Source: Acidobacteriota bacterium
GTDB lineage: Bacteria > Acidobacteriota > Vicinamibacteria > Vicinamibacterales > UBA823
DNA: 64,000 nt
NCBI GenBank assembly: GCA_002730525.1
Contig: PCAK01000032.1
Span: forward strand, 138,580 to 202,579
Direction: 5' to 3'
Numbering within the stretch: position 1 is the first letter of the stretch; each line of letters begins with the position of its first letter. Under the pieces are notes generated by a model, which worked only from the letters and a program-made list of their open reading frames with translations, had not been told where the DNA came from and did not search any database. Position numbers and translations under genes: made by a program. Positions 38,518 through 47,322 of the stretch are shown in pieces.

Positions 38518-39567
38518 TCAACCGAGCCGGGAGACGATCGTTCGCGTGAGTACCCTGACGGCGGCGAGGTACTCGTCGAGCACGATGTGTTCGTCGGGGG
38601 CGTGGTCCAGCCGCGAATCCCCCGGGCCGTAGGCCACGATCGGACACTGCCAGACTGGCCCGACGACGTTCATGTCGGAGGTGCCGGTCTTCAGTTTGAA
38701 CGTCGGTTCCCTCGAGTCCTCCCGGATCGCGCGGATCATCGCCCCGACAAGCTTCGTCTTCCGGTCGCTGCGGAACGCCGGCAGGTGGCCACTCAGCGAC
38801 GCGTCACCCCAATTCGCGGCGAGTTCCGCCACTCGGCGGTGGAGTTCGTCGACGTCGGCCTCGGGCGGCAGCCGCAGGCTGCCCCGCACGTCCACCCGAT
38901 CCGTGAACCCATCGGTCGAGGTATGGAACTCCGCCAGATGGGGATCCAGGCGGTCGAAGGTCCGATGGTTGTGATTCCGGCGGTCGCAGTACTCCTCGAC
39001 ACGGGTCCACCATGCCGCCGCCAGCGCCGCGATACTGCGGCCCTCGGCCGCCGTGTGGGCGTGGGGTTGCTGCGCCACGAGGGTCAGGCCGACCCGCCCC
39101 TTGTATCCGAGCGTGATCCCGCTCGTGCCGCTCGGTTCGCCGATGATCGTGGCCGTCGGCGCGTAGCGGTTGCAGACATAGCGCGCGCCCTTCGAACTGG
39201 CCGCTTCTTCCTCCACGGCACCGATCACGACGACCTTGACGCCCTCGGGAATCACGGCACGACTCGTGGCCGCCACGAAGGCGGCGAGCGGCCCCTTGGC
39301 ATCGACAGCGCCGCGTGCCTGCAGCCGGCCGTCGGCGATGGTGGGGGAAATGAACCCCTCGACCGTGTCGATATGGCCCAAGAGGACGACCGTCGCCGGG
39401 CCGTTGCCGCGCTCGCCAATGAAGTTCCCAGCGCCGTCGATCGACGTCGACAGCCCAGCCGCGGCCGCGCGTTCAGCGAGCAGGGCGACCGCCTCGGCTT
39501 CTTCACCCGACGGTGAGTAGGCGCCGCAGAGATCGCGGAGCAGGGCGATCGCGTCCTGGTCGTTCAC
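38518..39567 (-). CDS. lysK: [LysW]-lysine/ornithine hydrolase (M20 ArgE/DapE-type deacylase)
   Basis: M20 peptidase motifs (LLGHIDTV, GAVDAKG, EEE). Last gene of the lysW operon; its start overlaps the lysJ stop by 4 nt. Confidence 0.8.
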   Translation of the reverse strand: MNDQDAIALLRDLCGAYSPSGEEAEAVALLAERAAAAGLSTSIDGAGNFIGERGNGPATVVLLGHIDTVEGFISPTIADGRLQARGAVDAKGPLAAFVAATSRAVIPEGVKVVVIGAVEEEAASSKGARYVCNRYAPTATIIGEPSGTSGITLGYKGRVGLTLVAQQPHAHTAAEGRSIAALAAAWWTRVEEYCDRRNHNHRTFDRLDPHLAEFHTSTDGFTDRVDVRGSLRLPPEADVDELHRRVAELAANWGDASLSGHLPAFRSDRKTKLVGAMIRAIREDSREPTFKLKTGTSDMNVVGPVWQCPIVAYGPGDSRLDHAPDEHIVLDEYLAAVRVLTRTIVSRLG

Positions 39568-40727
39568 GCCAGCACCTTGCCGAGTGCGGCGATGACCCGG
39601 TCGACTTCGTCAGGCTGGATGACGAGCGGTGGCAGCAGCCGGAGGACCGTCGAACCGGCCAGCAGGACGAGGATCCCCTCGTCCATGAGGCTGCGCGCCG
39701 CCGGCCCGGCGGGCTGTTTCAGTTCGATGCCGATCATCAGGCCGAGCCCGCGGACCTCGCGGATGCGACGGCTCGACAGCGCCTCGACCCCATCGAGGAG
39801 GCGCCGGCCCTGGGCGGCCGCGTGGGCCGGTAGATCGGTGCTCACGATGTGTGCGATGACCCGATCGGCCACAGCGCAGGCGAGTGGATTGCCGCCAAAC
39901 GTCGTCGTATGGCTCAGCTTGGGCAACTGGCCGACCGCCTCGCCGAAGGCAGTGACCCCCATGGGTACTCCGCCGGCCACGCTCTTGGCGAGCGTCAGGA
40001 TGTCGGGCTCGACGCCGTGATGCTCGAACGCGAAGAGCTTGCCGGTACGGCCGAACCCGGTCTGCACCTCGTCGATGATGAGGAGCGCGCCCCTATCGGT
40101 GCAGGCGGTTCTGAGCGTCTCTAGGTACTCCGTCGTCGCGGGTCGCACGCCGCCTTCGCCCTGCACGACTTCGACGAGCACGGCCGCCGTGCTGTCTGAG
40201 ATCGCGTCGACGATGCCGTCCGGGCGGTTGAACGGCACCGTCCGGAATCCTGGCACCAGCGGCTCGAAAGGCGTCCGAAAACTCTTGCCCCACGTGGCGC
40301 TGAGCGCACCGAAGGTCTTGCCGTGGTAGCCCCGCATCGCCGAGACGATCTCGGGCCGACCGGTTGACGCACGAGCGAACTTGATCGCTGCCTCGTTCGC
40401 CTCGGTCCCCGAGTTGCTCAGGAAGAACCGGTCGAGTGCCGATGGCGTCACGGCGTCCAGCCGGTCGAGTAGGGCCGCGCGCTGGTCGTTATAGAACAGT
40501 TCGTGGCAGGTCACGAGCCGCGCGGCCTGTTCCCTCAGCGCCTCGACGACCACTGGGTGGGCGTGGCCGAGCACCGCGACTCCGATGCCGGCGGTGCAGT
40601 CGAGATACTCTCGGCCGTCGGCATCCCAGACCCGGGTGCCCTCGCCGCGCACCAGCGCCACCTGGCGCTTGTGGTACATCCCGGACGAGTGACTGTCCTC
40701 ACGCGCGATGATCTGTTGGGCGTCCAA
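39564..40727 (-). CDS. lysJ: [LysW]-aminoadipate semialdehyde / acetylornithine-type aminotransferase
   Basis: Class III aminotransferase (VRGEGTRVWD, SNSGTEANEAA, DEVQTGFGRTG, TLAKS PLP-lysine region). The start is uncertain (TTG 40787, TTG 40727 or ATG 40679). Confidence 0.8.
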   Translation of the reverse strand: MDAQQIIAREDSHSSGMYHKRQVALVRGEGTRVWDADGREYLDCTAGIGVAVLGHAHPVVVEALREQAARLVTCHELFYNDQRAALLDRLDAVTPSALDRFFLSNSGTEANEAAIKFARASTGRPEIVSAMRGYHGKTFGALSATWGKSFRTPFEPLVPGFRTVPFNRPDGIVDAISDSTAAVLVEVVQGEGGVRPATTEYLETLRTACTDRGALLIIDEVQTGFGRTGKLFAFEHHGVEPDILTLAKSVAGGVPMGVTAFGEAVGQLPKLSHTTTFGGNPLACAVADRVIAHIVSTDLPAHAAAQGRRLLDGVEALSSRRIREVRGLGLMIGIELKQPAGPAARSLMDEGILVLLAGSTVLRLLPPLVIQPDEVDRVIAALGKVLA

Positions 40728-41529
40728 TGACCGTTCCTCTGCCGCCGAGCGCTGCTCGAATGGGCTGCGCGATGCGGGCGTCGCCAAGCACGACGCGACC
40801 GACGCCGCCGTCGAGCGCTTCCTGGGCGGCCATGAGCTTCTTCTTCATGCGGCCCTTGGCGTAGCCGAAATGCTCGTTCAGCGCCTCGGATGCGATCTGT
40901 GGGATGAGCGTCGCTTCGTCGTCGGGGTCCCGGAGGAGGCCGGGCACGTTCGAGAGGATGACGAGATCATCGGCCGTGACGGCTTCGGCGATCCGGGCCG
41001 CGGCCCGGTCGCCGTCAACGTTGACGGCGACATGGTCGTCGCTGATGGCTGGCGGGCAGACCACTAGGACATACCCCGCCTCGTACAGGACGCGGATCAG
41101 ATCGGTGTTGACCGAGGTGATCTTGCCGGTGTGGTCGTCGCGCAGCACCTTCTTCTTGCCGCCCTCGACGATCGTCAACGTCGACTTGCGGCGACCCGAC
41201 AGCAGGCGTCCGTCGAGCCCGGCCAGGCCGACGGCGGGCACGCCGAGCCCCTGCAGCCGTTCGACGATGCCTTTGTTTACCTTCCCGCAATAGGCCATCT
41301 CGAAGATCTCGAGGGTGGCCCGGTCGGTATACCGGCTCTCGTAGCCCGAGGCCGAGGTGACGAAGCGCGGCGGATGGCCGAGTGCCTCGGAGAGGACGTT
41401 GGTCTCGTGCGAGCCGCCGTGCACCAGCAGCCACGGTCGAGCCAGCCGGTGCAGTTCGGCCAGGTCGGCGCAGACGGCGTCGTAGTCGATCCCCCGGCCG
41501 CCGCCCACCTTGACGACGAGCATGGCCAT
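40699..41529 (-). CDS. lysZ: [LysW]-aminoadipate/glutamate kinase (acetylglutamate-kinase fold)
   Basis: [11 protein letters not shown]..., LVHGGS, and AAK-family layout, about 276 aa. Its ATG overlaps the lysY stop by 1 nt. Confidence 0.8.
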   Translation of the reverse strand: MAMLVVKVGGGRGIDYDAVCADLAELHRLARPWLLVHGGSHETNVLSEALGHPPRFVTSASGYESRYTDRATLEIFEMAYCGKVNKGIVERLQGLGVPAVGLAGLDGRLLSGRRKSTLTIVEGGKKKVLRDDHTGKITSVNTDLIRVLYEAGYVLVVCPPAISDDHVAVNVDGDRAAARIAEAVTADDLVILSNVPGLLRDPDDEATLIPQIASEALNEHFGYAKGRMKKKLMAAQEALDGGVGRVVLGDARIAQPIRAALGGRGTVIGRPTDHRA

Positions 41530-42566
41530 CAGACCGGATGCAGGCCGGGAAAACCGAGCCCGGTCCGTTCGTCCCAACCGGCCATAACGTTCATCGCCTG
41601 GACGCCGTTTCCGGCGGCGCCCTTCATGAGGTTGTCGAGGGCCGCGAGCACGACCAGTCGATCGCCATGGGGGTCGCGCTCGAACCCGACATCGCAGTAG
41701 TTGGACCCCGCGAGGATCTTCGGCTCCGGGTACCGGAAGACCCCCCGCGTCTCCTTGACGATGCGGATGAACGGCTCGTCGCGGTAGGCGGCGCGATACA
41801 GGTTCCAGATCGCTTTCGTGTCCAGGTCCTCTGCGAGCCGCACGTGCGCGGTGACCAGGATGCCACGGACCAGTTCGATGGCCGTGGCGGAGAAGTGAAC
41901 GGTCGGCGCGCCGTGCACCGCCAGTTCCTGCACGATCTCTCCGGTGTGTCGATGTCCGGTGGGCTGGAACGACCGGGCCGCGCCGCTTCGTTCGGGGTGG
42001 TGTGACGACGCGCTCTCCTTGTTGCCGGCCGCCGAGGAGCCGACCTTCGCCTCGATGAACACCTCGCGGTTGGCGACTACGTCCTCCCGGAACAGCGGGA
42101 GCAGCCCCAGAATCGCGGTCGTGGCCAGACAACCCGCACCGGTGACGCAGGTCGCGCCGGCGATGGCCTCCCGGTGCAGCTCGGGGATGCCATACACGAA
42201 CTCGCCGAGGGCCGCCGGATTCTCGTGGTCGTGACCGTACCATCGGCGGTACGCGTCGGGGGCGCGCAGTCGGAAGTCGGCACTCATGTCGAGGATACGC
42301 GGCGCGATAGCGCGAACCTCGGCGAAGGTCTTGGCGAAACTGCCGTGGGGCATTGCGGCGAACAGCAGGTCGCAGGGCGCCAGATCGCCGAGGCGACTGA
42401 AGCGCAGGGTCGTCCGCCCGCGCAGGTTGGGGTGGGCGGCGGTGACGAGCTTGCCGGCCAAACGTTCCGACGTGACCTGCGCGACGGACGCCTCCGGATG
42501 GTCGAGCAGCAGACGCAGCAGTTCGCCGCCGACGTAACCCGACGCCCCGAGGATGCTGACTTTCAT
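41529..42566 (-). CDS. lysY: [LysW]-aminoadipyl/glutamyl-phosphate reductase (ArgC-like)
   Basis: [20 protein letters not shown] and an active-site GAGCLATT-type cysteine region, 345 aa. Confidence 0.85.
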   Translation of the reverse strand: MKVSILGASGYVGGELLRLLLDHPEASVAQVTSERLAGKLVTAAHPNLRGRTTLRFSRLGDLAPCDLLFAAMPHGSFAKTFAEVRAIAPRILDMSADFRLRAPDAYRRWYGHDHENPAALGEFVYGIPELHREAIAGATCVTGAGCLATTAILGLLPLFREDVVANREVFIEAKVGSSAAGNKESASSHHPERSGAARSFQPTGHRHTGEIVQELAVHGAPTVHFSATAIELVRGILVTAHVRLAEDLDTKAIWNLYRAAYRDEPFIRIVKETRGVFRYPEPKILAGSNYCDVGFERDPHGDRLVVLAALDNLMKGAAGNGVQAMNVMAGWDERTGLGFPGLHPV

Positions 42567-43420
42567 CGGGCGGCGGTGGTGGCGGCTTCGCCGACCGACA
42601 GCGTGTAGTCGACGATCCGTGCGTGAATCGGCACGCCCGTGACGCCGATGCTGTTGCGGAACTCCATCGTGTAGTTGACTTCGTTCACCTGGAGCCCGCG
42701 CTCGCTCTCGAAGACATCCACCGCGAGTATGCCGCCCCCGACGGCCCTGGCGGCCGCGACGCAGATGGCGTTCAGTTCGTCGGTGACCGGGCAGTTCGCC
42801 GTCGTGGCGCCTCGCGCGGTGTTCGTGATCCAGTGGTCGCTCATTCGATAGATCGCACAGATCGTCTGGTCGCCGACGACGAACGCGCGAATATCCCGGC
42901 CGCCCTTCTCGACATACTCCTGGATGTAGAAGATCGAGTGATGATACGAACCCAGGATCTGCTTGTGCTCGAGCAGGGCCTCGGCGGCGTGCCGGTCGTT
43001 CGCGCGGGCGATGAGGCGGCCCCAGGAGCCGACCGCGGGCTTCAGGACGACGGGGTAGCCCATGGACTCGATCGCCGCCAGTGCCGAGTCCGGCGTGTAG
43101 GCGACGATCGTGCGCGGCGTCAGCACGTGGGCCCGCTCCAGCGCATTCGAGGTGAGCACCTTGTCGCCGCAGACGTTGGCGACGTCCCAGGTGTTGACCG
43201 TCGGCAATCCACGGTCATTGAAAATCTTGAGCGTATGGAGGGCTCGGGCGTGGTTCACCGCCCGCTCGAGGACCACGTCCCACGGGAACGTCTCGGTGTG
43301 CAGATCGAGCGAGAGCTGTCGATCGTCGATCTTCTCGAACTCGACGCCGCGATCGCGGAGCGCCTGCAGGATGAGCTTTTCCTCGGTGCGGATGATGGAG
43401 CAGAGCAGTCCGAGTCGCAT
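42563..43420 (-). CDS. lysX: RimK-type ATP-grasp ligase, alpha-aminoadipate/glutamate--LysW ligase
   Basis: ATP-grasp fold ([25 protein letters not shown]), 285 aa. It sits 5 nt downstream of lysW. Confidence 0.85.
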   Translation of the reverse strand: MRLGLLCSIIRTEEKLILQALRDRGVEFEKIDDRQLSLDLHTETFPWDVVLERAVNHARALHTLKIFNDRGLPTVNTWDVANVCGDKVLTSNALERAHVLTPRTIVAYTPDSALAAIESMGYPVVLKPAVGSWGRLIARANDRHAAEALLEHKQILGSYHHSIFYIQEYVEKGGRDIRAFVVGDQTICAIYRMSDHWITNTARGATTANCPVTDELNAICVAAARAVGGGILAVDVFESERGLQVNEVNYTMEFRNSIGVTGVPIHARIVDYTLSVGEAATTAAR

Positions 43421-43425
43421 CGTGT

Positions 43426-43590
43426 CTATTCGCCCCAGTCCTCTTCTTCTTGCGGAGCGTGATCGAGCGTGGGGGGATCGACGGACCGCACCTCGAACTC
43501 CGTGCCGCAGTCAGGGCAGTCGATGATTTCACCGGCCTCAACATCAGCCTTCAACGTGATCTCCGCGTCGCATTCGAGACACTTGGGCAT
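43426..43590 (-). CDS. lysW: amino-group carrier protein LysW (54 aa; not in the supplied ORF track)
   Basis: My translation is [54 protein letters not shown]. It has a CxxC...CxxC zinc ribbon and the diagnostic acidic EDWGE C-terminus. A strong RBS (GGAGGTG) lies upstream. Confidence 0.9.
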   Translation of the reverse strand: MPKCLECDAEITLKADVEAGEIIDCPDCGTEFEVRSVDPPTLDHAPQEEEDWGE

Positions 43591-43608
43591 GCCACCTCCG
43601 GACGCCGC

Positions 43609-43645
43609 AAAAAAAACCCGCCGACACGTCAGTGCAGTCGGCGGG
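43609..43645 (-). terminator. intrinsic terminator in the lysW leader (candidate attenuator)
   Basis: On the minus strand: CCCGCCGAC, an 11-nt loop, GTCGGCGGG, then T8. It ends 18 nt before the lysW ATG. Confidence 0.7.
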
Positions 43646-43786
43646 CTCGCAAAAGCAGCGCGTAACGGTTCGTCAGCGCCTGGGCCAGCACGGCCCGCCG
43701 ATGTACGGACACTTCCGCTTTCGAGGCGAGTGCTGTCCGTCGTGGCGTGGTCCCTGGATACTCTGCATGCTGTCAGGCCGTCGCAA

Positions 43787-43816
43787 AGTATAGAGCGCGT
43801 GACGTGATACGGTCAA
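43787..43816 (-). promoter_or_regulatory. sigma70-like promoter of the lysW operon leader
   Basis: On the minus strand: TTGACC, an 18-nt spacer, then TATACT. It lies about 195 nt upstream of the lysW ATG. Confidence 0.5.
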
Positions 43817-43926
43817 GCGTTGGCGCGGGCCGTGTTGGCGCCGATTGTAGTCCGAACCCCGTCGGCTTGACCCCACACCGACCTGGGCACTAGCCTCCGG
43901 ATGATGTGGAAGCGAGGGAATCGCGA

Positions 43927-45042
43927 ATGACGAAGCAGACGAGAGTCGTGGGGCTGGTCGCCGTGCTGGCTATCGGCGTCGCGGCGGTGGCGCGGGCAGC
44001 CGAACCGTTCAAACTGGGGACGTTCGAGCACGAGGGTGAGGAGATCATCGGCGTCGTCCTCAGGGACCGCCATGTCATCGACCTGGCCGCGGCGAACACG
44101 TCACTGGAGCGCCACCAGCGTCTCTGGGTCACGTTGCCGATGCCTGGTGACATGAACGAGCTGATCGGGCGCTACGAGTTGGGGATGCGCGATCGGATCC
44201 ACGCCATCGTCGACCTGATTGCGCCGGCGATCGACGCGGGCCAGCCGCCGGCGTACGTCCATGACCTCGGCGACGTGGACGTCTTTCCGCCGGTCCGGCC
44301 GGAGGTCATCCTCTCGGCGGCGCTCAACTACCGGGAGCACATGGATGAGATGACGACCGGCGTGGCGGCCGAAATGTCGGACGCCAGTGCGGTCGACGAC
44401 GCGCCGGAGTCGATGGAGCACTTCTGGGAGCGCGCGTCCGATGACACCCGTCAGAACCCTTATCTCTTCAACAAGCCGGCATCGATCGTCATCGGCGATG
44501 GCGATCCGATTCTCCTGAAACCCGACCGTGAGCAGATCGACTGGGAGTGCGAGTTTGCCATCGTCATCGGGCGGCCGGCGAGCCATGTCCCCCACGACGA
44601 GGCACGCGGCCATATCTTCGGCTACACGATGATGAACGACGTCGGCGATCGCGAGGGCCGCGGGGACGACCGCTACGGGTCGGACTGGCTGGTCTGGAAG
44701 GGGAGCGACACGTTCGCGCCGCTCGGGCCGTTCATCGTGCCCGCCGAGTTCGTCGCGGATCCGCATACCCTCGACATTCAGTTCACCTTGTCGGGCGAGC
44801 TGATGCAGGACGCGAACACCGAACTGATGCAGCACAGCGTGGACGAGCTGGTGCACTTCGTGTCGAACAACATCATCCTGCGGCCGGGTGATGTCATCGC
44901 GACCGGGACGCCGGGCGGCGTCGGCTACGCTCGGACCCCACCGGTGTTCATGGAGCCGGGTGACGTCGCAAGATGCACCGTTGAAGGCATCGGCACGTTG
45001 ACGAACCCGGTGCGCAACTGGCTCGACGTCATGCCCAGGTAA
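43927..45042 (+). CDS. fumarylacetoacetate hydrolase (FAH) family protein with N-terminal signal peptide
   Basis: C-terminal FAH domain (NKPASIVIGDGDPI, DWECEFAIVIG, GYTMMNDV, GDVIATGTPGGVG). N-terminus is MTKQTRVVGLVAVLAIGVAAVARAAEP. The ATG at 43927 is preceded by GAGGGA. Confidence 0.8.
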   Translation: MTKQTRVVGLVAVLAIGVAAVARAAEPFKLGTFEHEGEEIIGVVLRDRHVIDLAAANTSLERHQRLWVTLPMPGDMNELIGRYELGMRDRIHAIVDLIAPAIDAGQPPAYVHDLGDVDVFPPVRPEVILSAALNYREHMDEMTTGVAAEMSDASAVDDAPESMEHFWERASDDTRQNPYLFNKPASIVIGDGDPILLKPDREQIDWECEFAIVIGRPASHVPHDEARGHIFGYTMMNDVGDREGRGDDRYGSDWLVWKGSDTFAPLGPFIVPAEFVADPHTLDIQFTLSGELMQDANTELMQHSVDELVHFVSNNIILRPGDVIATGTPGGVGYARTPPVFMEPGDVARCTVEGIGTLTNPVRNWLDVMPR

Positions 45043-45290
45043 GAGGGCCAGGCCACCGGCGGCAGGACCCGCCACCTGTCCGTAGTTCCCTGCCGATTCT
45101 GCCCAAGTAAGAGGGAGCCGGGAGTGACGGCGGACGGAAGCCGCCACCCGCTTCTTGCGGTAACTCTTGAAGACTCCGGCTGGATCGAGCCCTAGCTCCA
45201 GCATCGCACCGGAGGGACCTGTGCCCGTGATCCGAACCAGCCTGTTGATGAGAGTGCTGGCCGCCCTGGAGCGTCGCGCCACGCCGAGTC

Positions 45291-45908
45291 TCAGGAGCGG
45301 GGCACCGCCTGCCGCAGTGCGTCGAAGTTGACCTTGATGAACTCCTCGATCTGCTGGGCCGCCGTGACCGCCGGGGTACGCAGCGCGTCGACCTTGGTGC
45401 CCAGGAAGTCGCTGGTGAAGACGTTGTTCCGGATCGTCAGCCGGGCGATCAGCACATCCTGGATCGCCGAGGTGGTGACCGACGACGACGAGGTCTGCCC
45501 AGTGCCGGATCGGATACCCGCGCCCTGAATCTCCCCCTGGACACTGGTCGCGACGACCTCGAGGAAGAGGTCGGCTTCTTCCCGCGTCTCCACGACCTCC
45601 ATCAACTCGCGACGTGAATCGGTGCGTCCCAGCTGCCGCGCCAGTTGCTCGACGTGGTAGAGCGCCTGGTTGTGCTTGAAATAGTAGGCGTTACCCGTGG
45701 GGCCCCAGGTCATCGGTTCCAGCTGCCACTCGCCCGCTGGCAACTTCGGATCGACGATGGCATCGTCGGGACGCTCGTCGGCGCAGAAGACGTACACCCG
45801 AATCTGGTCGGTTTCCCCGTCTTGCGCCGCGGCCGGCGTCGATCCGAGCAGGACGAGCGCGGTCGCGAGCAGCGTGAGGCTCGATGGCGATTTCAGAGAC
45901 ATGACCAT
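45291..45908 (-). CDS. hypothetical secreted protein
   Basis: Signal peptide (LTLLATALVLLGSTPAAAQ) and coding-type GC3. No family recognised. Confidence 0.55.
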   Translation of the reverse strand: MVMSLKSPSSLTLLATALVLLGSTPAAAQDGETDQIRVYVFCADERPDDAIVDPKLPAGEWQLEPMTWGPTGNAYYFKHNQALYHVEQLARQLGRTDSRRELMEVVETREEADLFLEVVATSVQGEIQGAGIRSGTGQTSSSSVTTSAIQDVLIARLTIRNNVFTSDFLGTKVDALRTPAVTAAQQIEEFIKVNFDALRQAVPRS

Positions 45909-46012
45909 TCCTCCCCCGTGGAATGTCTGGGCCGATACGTCCAGCGAGAACAGGGAAGTATAGCAGGGATCTACTGCCCGAAGAGAGGGTCGGCGGGGCG
46001 TGTCGGCCGGAC

Positions 46013-47281
46013 TCAGGCCGGCCGGGGCCGGTCCGCGTGGCCACCCGCTGCCGGCCGCGTCAGGACGCGCTGGCCGCCGCAGATGACGCCGACACAGGGA
46101 TTGGCCCCGATCCAGTAGCTCAATTCCGCCGGCTCATCGATCGCCCAGACGGCGAGATCGGCCCGCTGGCCGAGCTCGAGCGTGCCCCGGTCCGAAAGTC
46201 CGAGGGCGCTGGCCGCATGCCGCGTGACGCCGGCGAGCGCCTCTTCCGGCGTCATCCGGAAGAGGGTGCAGGCCAGATTGAGCATCAGGACGAGCGACGT
46301 GGCGGGCGCCGACCCCGGGTTGCAGTCGGTCGCGAGCGCCATCGGCACGCCGGCCGATCGAAACCTGTCGATCGGCGGGAACCTGTCCGCATGGGTGAAG
46401 TACGAGGCCGCCGGCAACAGGACGGCGGTGGTTCCCGCCTCGGCCATCGCCTGGATGCCCTCGGCGCTGGCGTACTCCAGATGGTCGGCGGACAGGGCGC
46501 CGTACCGCGCTGCGAGGGCAGCGCCATTCGAGTCCGAGAGTTGATCGGCGTGCAGCTTCACCGCGACGTCGGTGGAGCGGGCCGCATCGAAGACCGTGGC
46601 AGTCTGGGCTGGTGTGAAGGCGATCCGCTCGCAGAAGACATCCACCGCTTCGGCTAGGCCGGCCTCGACGACCGCCGGCAGCATCTGCCGGCAGACCACG
46701 TCGACGTAGTCGTCGGCGCGGCCCTGATATTCCTTCGGGATGGCGTGGGCGCCGAGAAACGTCGTGCGCACCGTGCCCGGAAAGCTGTCGGCCACCCGGC
46801 GGGCAGCCCGCAGCATCTTCAACTCGGTGTCGAGATTGAGACCGTAGCCCGACTTGATCTCGACGGTCGTGACGCCGCCGGCATGAAGGGCGGCGAGGCG
46901 GGCCGTTGCGGCAGTGGTGAGGAGGTCCTCGGAGGCGGCGCGCGTCGCGTCGACCGTACTGAGGATGCCGCCGCCCTGGCGCGCGATCGACTCGTAGCTC
47001 TCGCCTTGCAGCCGGCGCTGGAACTCCGCCGCCCGGTGGCCGCCGAACACCAGATGGGTATGACAGTCGACGAGGCCGGGCGTGAGCCAGGCGCCTTCGA
47101 GCGAGGTCACGCGGCTGGCGAGCTGGTCTGGAACGCCGGGCAGGTCGGCACGGGGGCCGACCCACGCGATCCGGTCCCCCTGGACGGCGAGCGCACCGTC
47201 AACCACTGCACCGTAGCCCCCCCCCGCCGGTGCCATCGTCGCCAGGTGGGTGTCGACCCACAATTCATCCCAGCGCGCCAT
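46013..47281 (-). CDS. hutI: imidazolonepropionase
   Basis: TPGLVDCHTHLVFGG, KSGYGL, and HADQLS motifs, about 420 aa. Divergent from hutF. Confidence 0.9.
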   Translation of the reverse strand: MARWDELWVDTHLATMAPAGGGYGAVVDGALAVQGDRIAWVGPRADLPGVPDQLASRVTSLEGAWLTPGLVDCHTHLVFGGHRAAEFQRRLQGESYESIARQGGGILSTVDATRAASEDLLTTAATARLAALHAGGVTTVEIKSGYGLNLDTELKMLRAARRVADSFPGTVRTTFLGAHAIPKEYQGRADDYVDVVCRQMLPAVVEAGLAEAVDVFCERIAFTPAQTATVFDAARSTDVAVKLHADQLSDSNGAALAARYGALSADHLEYASAEGIQAMAEAGTTAVLLPAASYFTHADRFPPIDRFRSAGVPMALATDCNPGSAPATSLVLMLNLACTLFRMTPEEALAGVTRHAASALGLSDRGTLELGQRADLAVWAIDEPAELSYWIGANPCVGVICGGQRVLTRPAAGGHADRPRPA

Positions 47282-47298
47282 GGTGCCGGGATGCTAGC

Positions 47299-47322
47299 AT
47301 GTATATACAGGTCTGTATATGT
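47299..47322. promoter_or_regulatory. candidate HutC operator in the 37-bp hutI/hutF divergent spacer
   Basis: ATGTATATACAGGTCTGTATATGT contains the perfect palindrome TGTATATACA (TGTA-N2-TACA) at 47300-47309, and a second TGTATAT half-repeat that overlaps the hutF ATG. Confidence 0.6.

Noticed and set aside
43591-43800. A canonical lysine (L-box) riboswitch upstream of lysW.
   Set aside because: The size and terminator fit, but I could not find the conserved L-box core motifs by eye. It needs a covariance-model scan, so it is reported only as an unclassified leader.
43673-43876. The 67-aa minus-strand ORF in the lysW upstream region, considered as a stand-alone protein gene.
   Set aside because: It spans the predicted promoter and leader, has Arg-rich low-complexity composition and no RBS. 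Only its 3' 31 codons are considered, and only as a speculative leader peptide in the attenuator finding.
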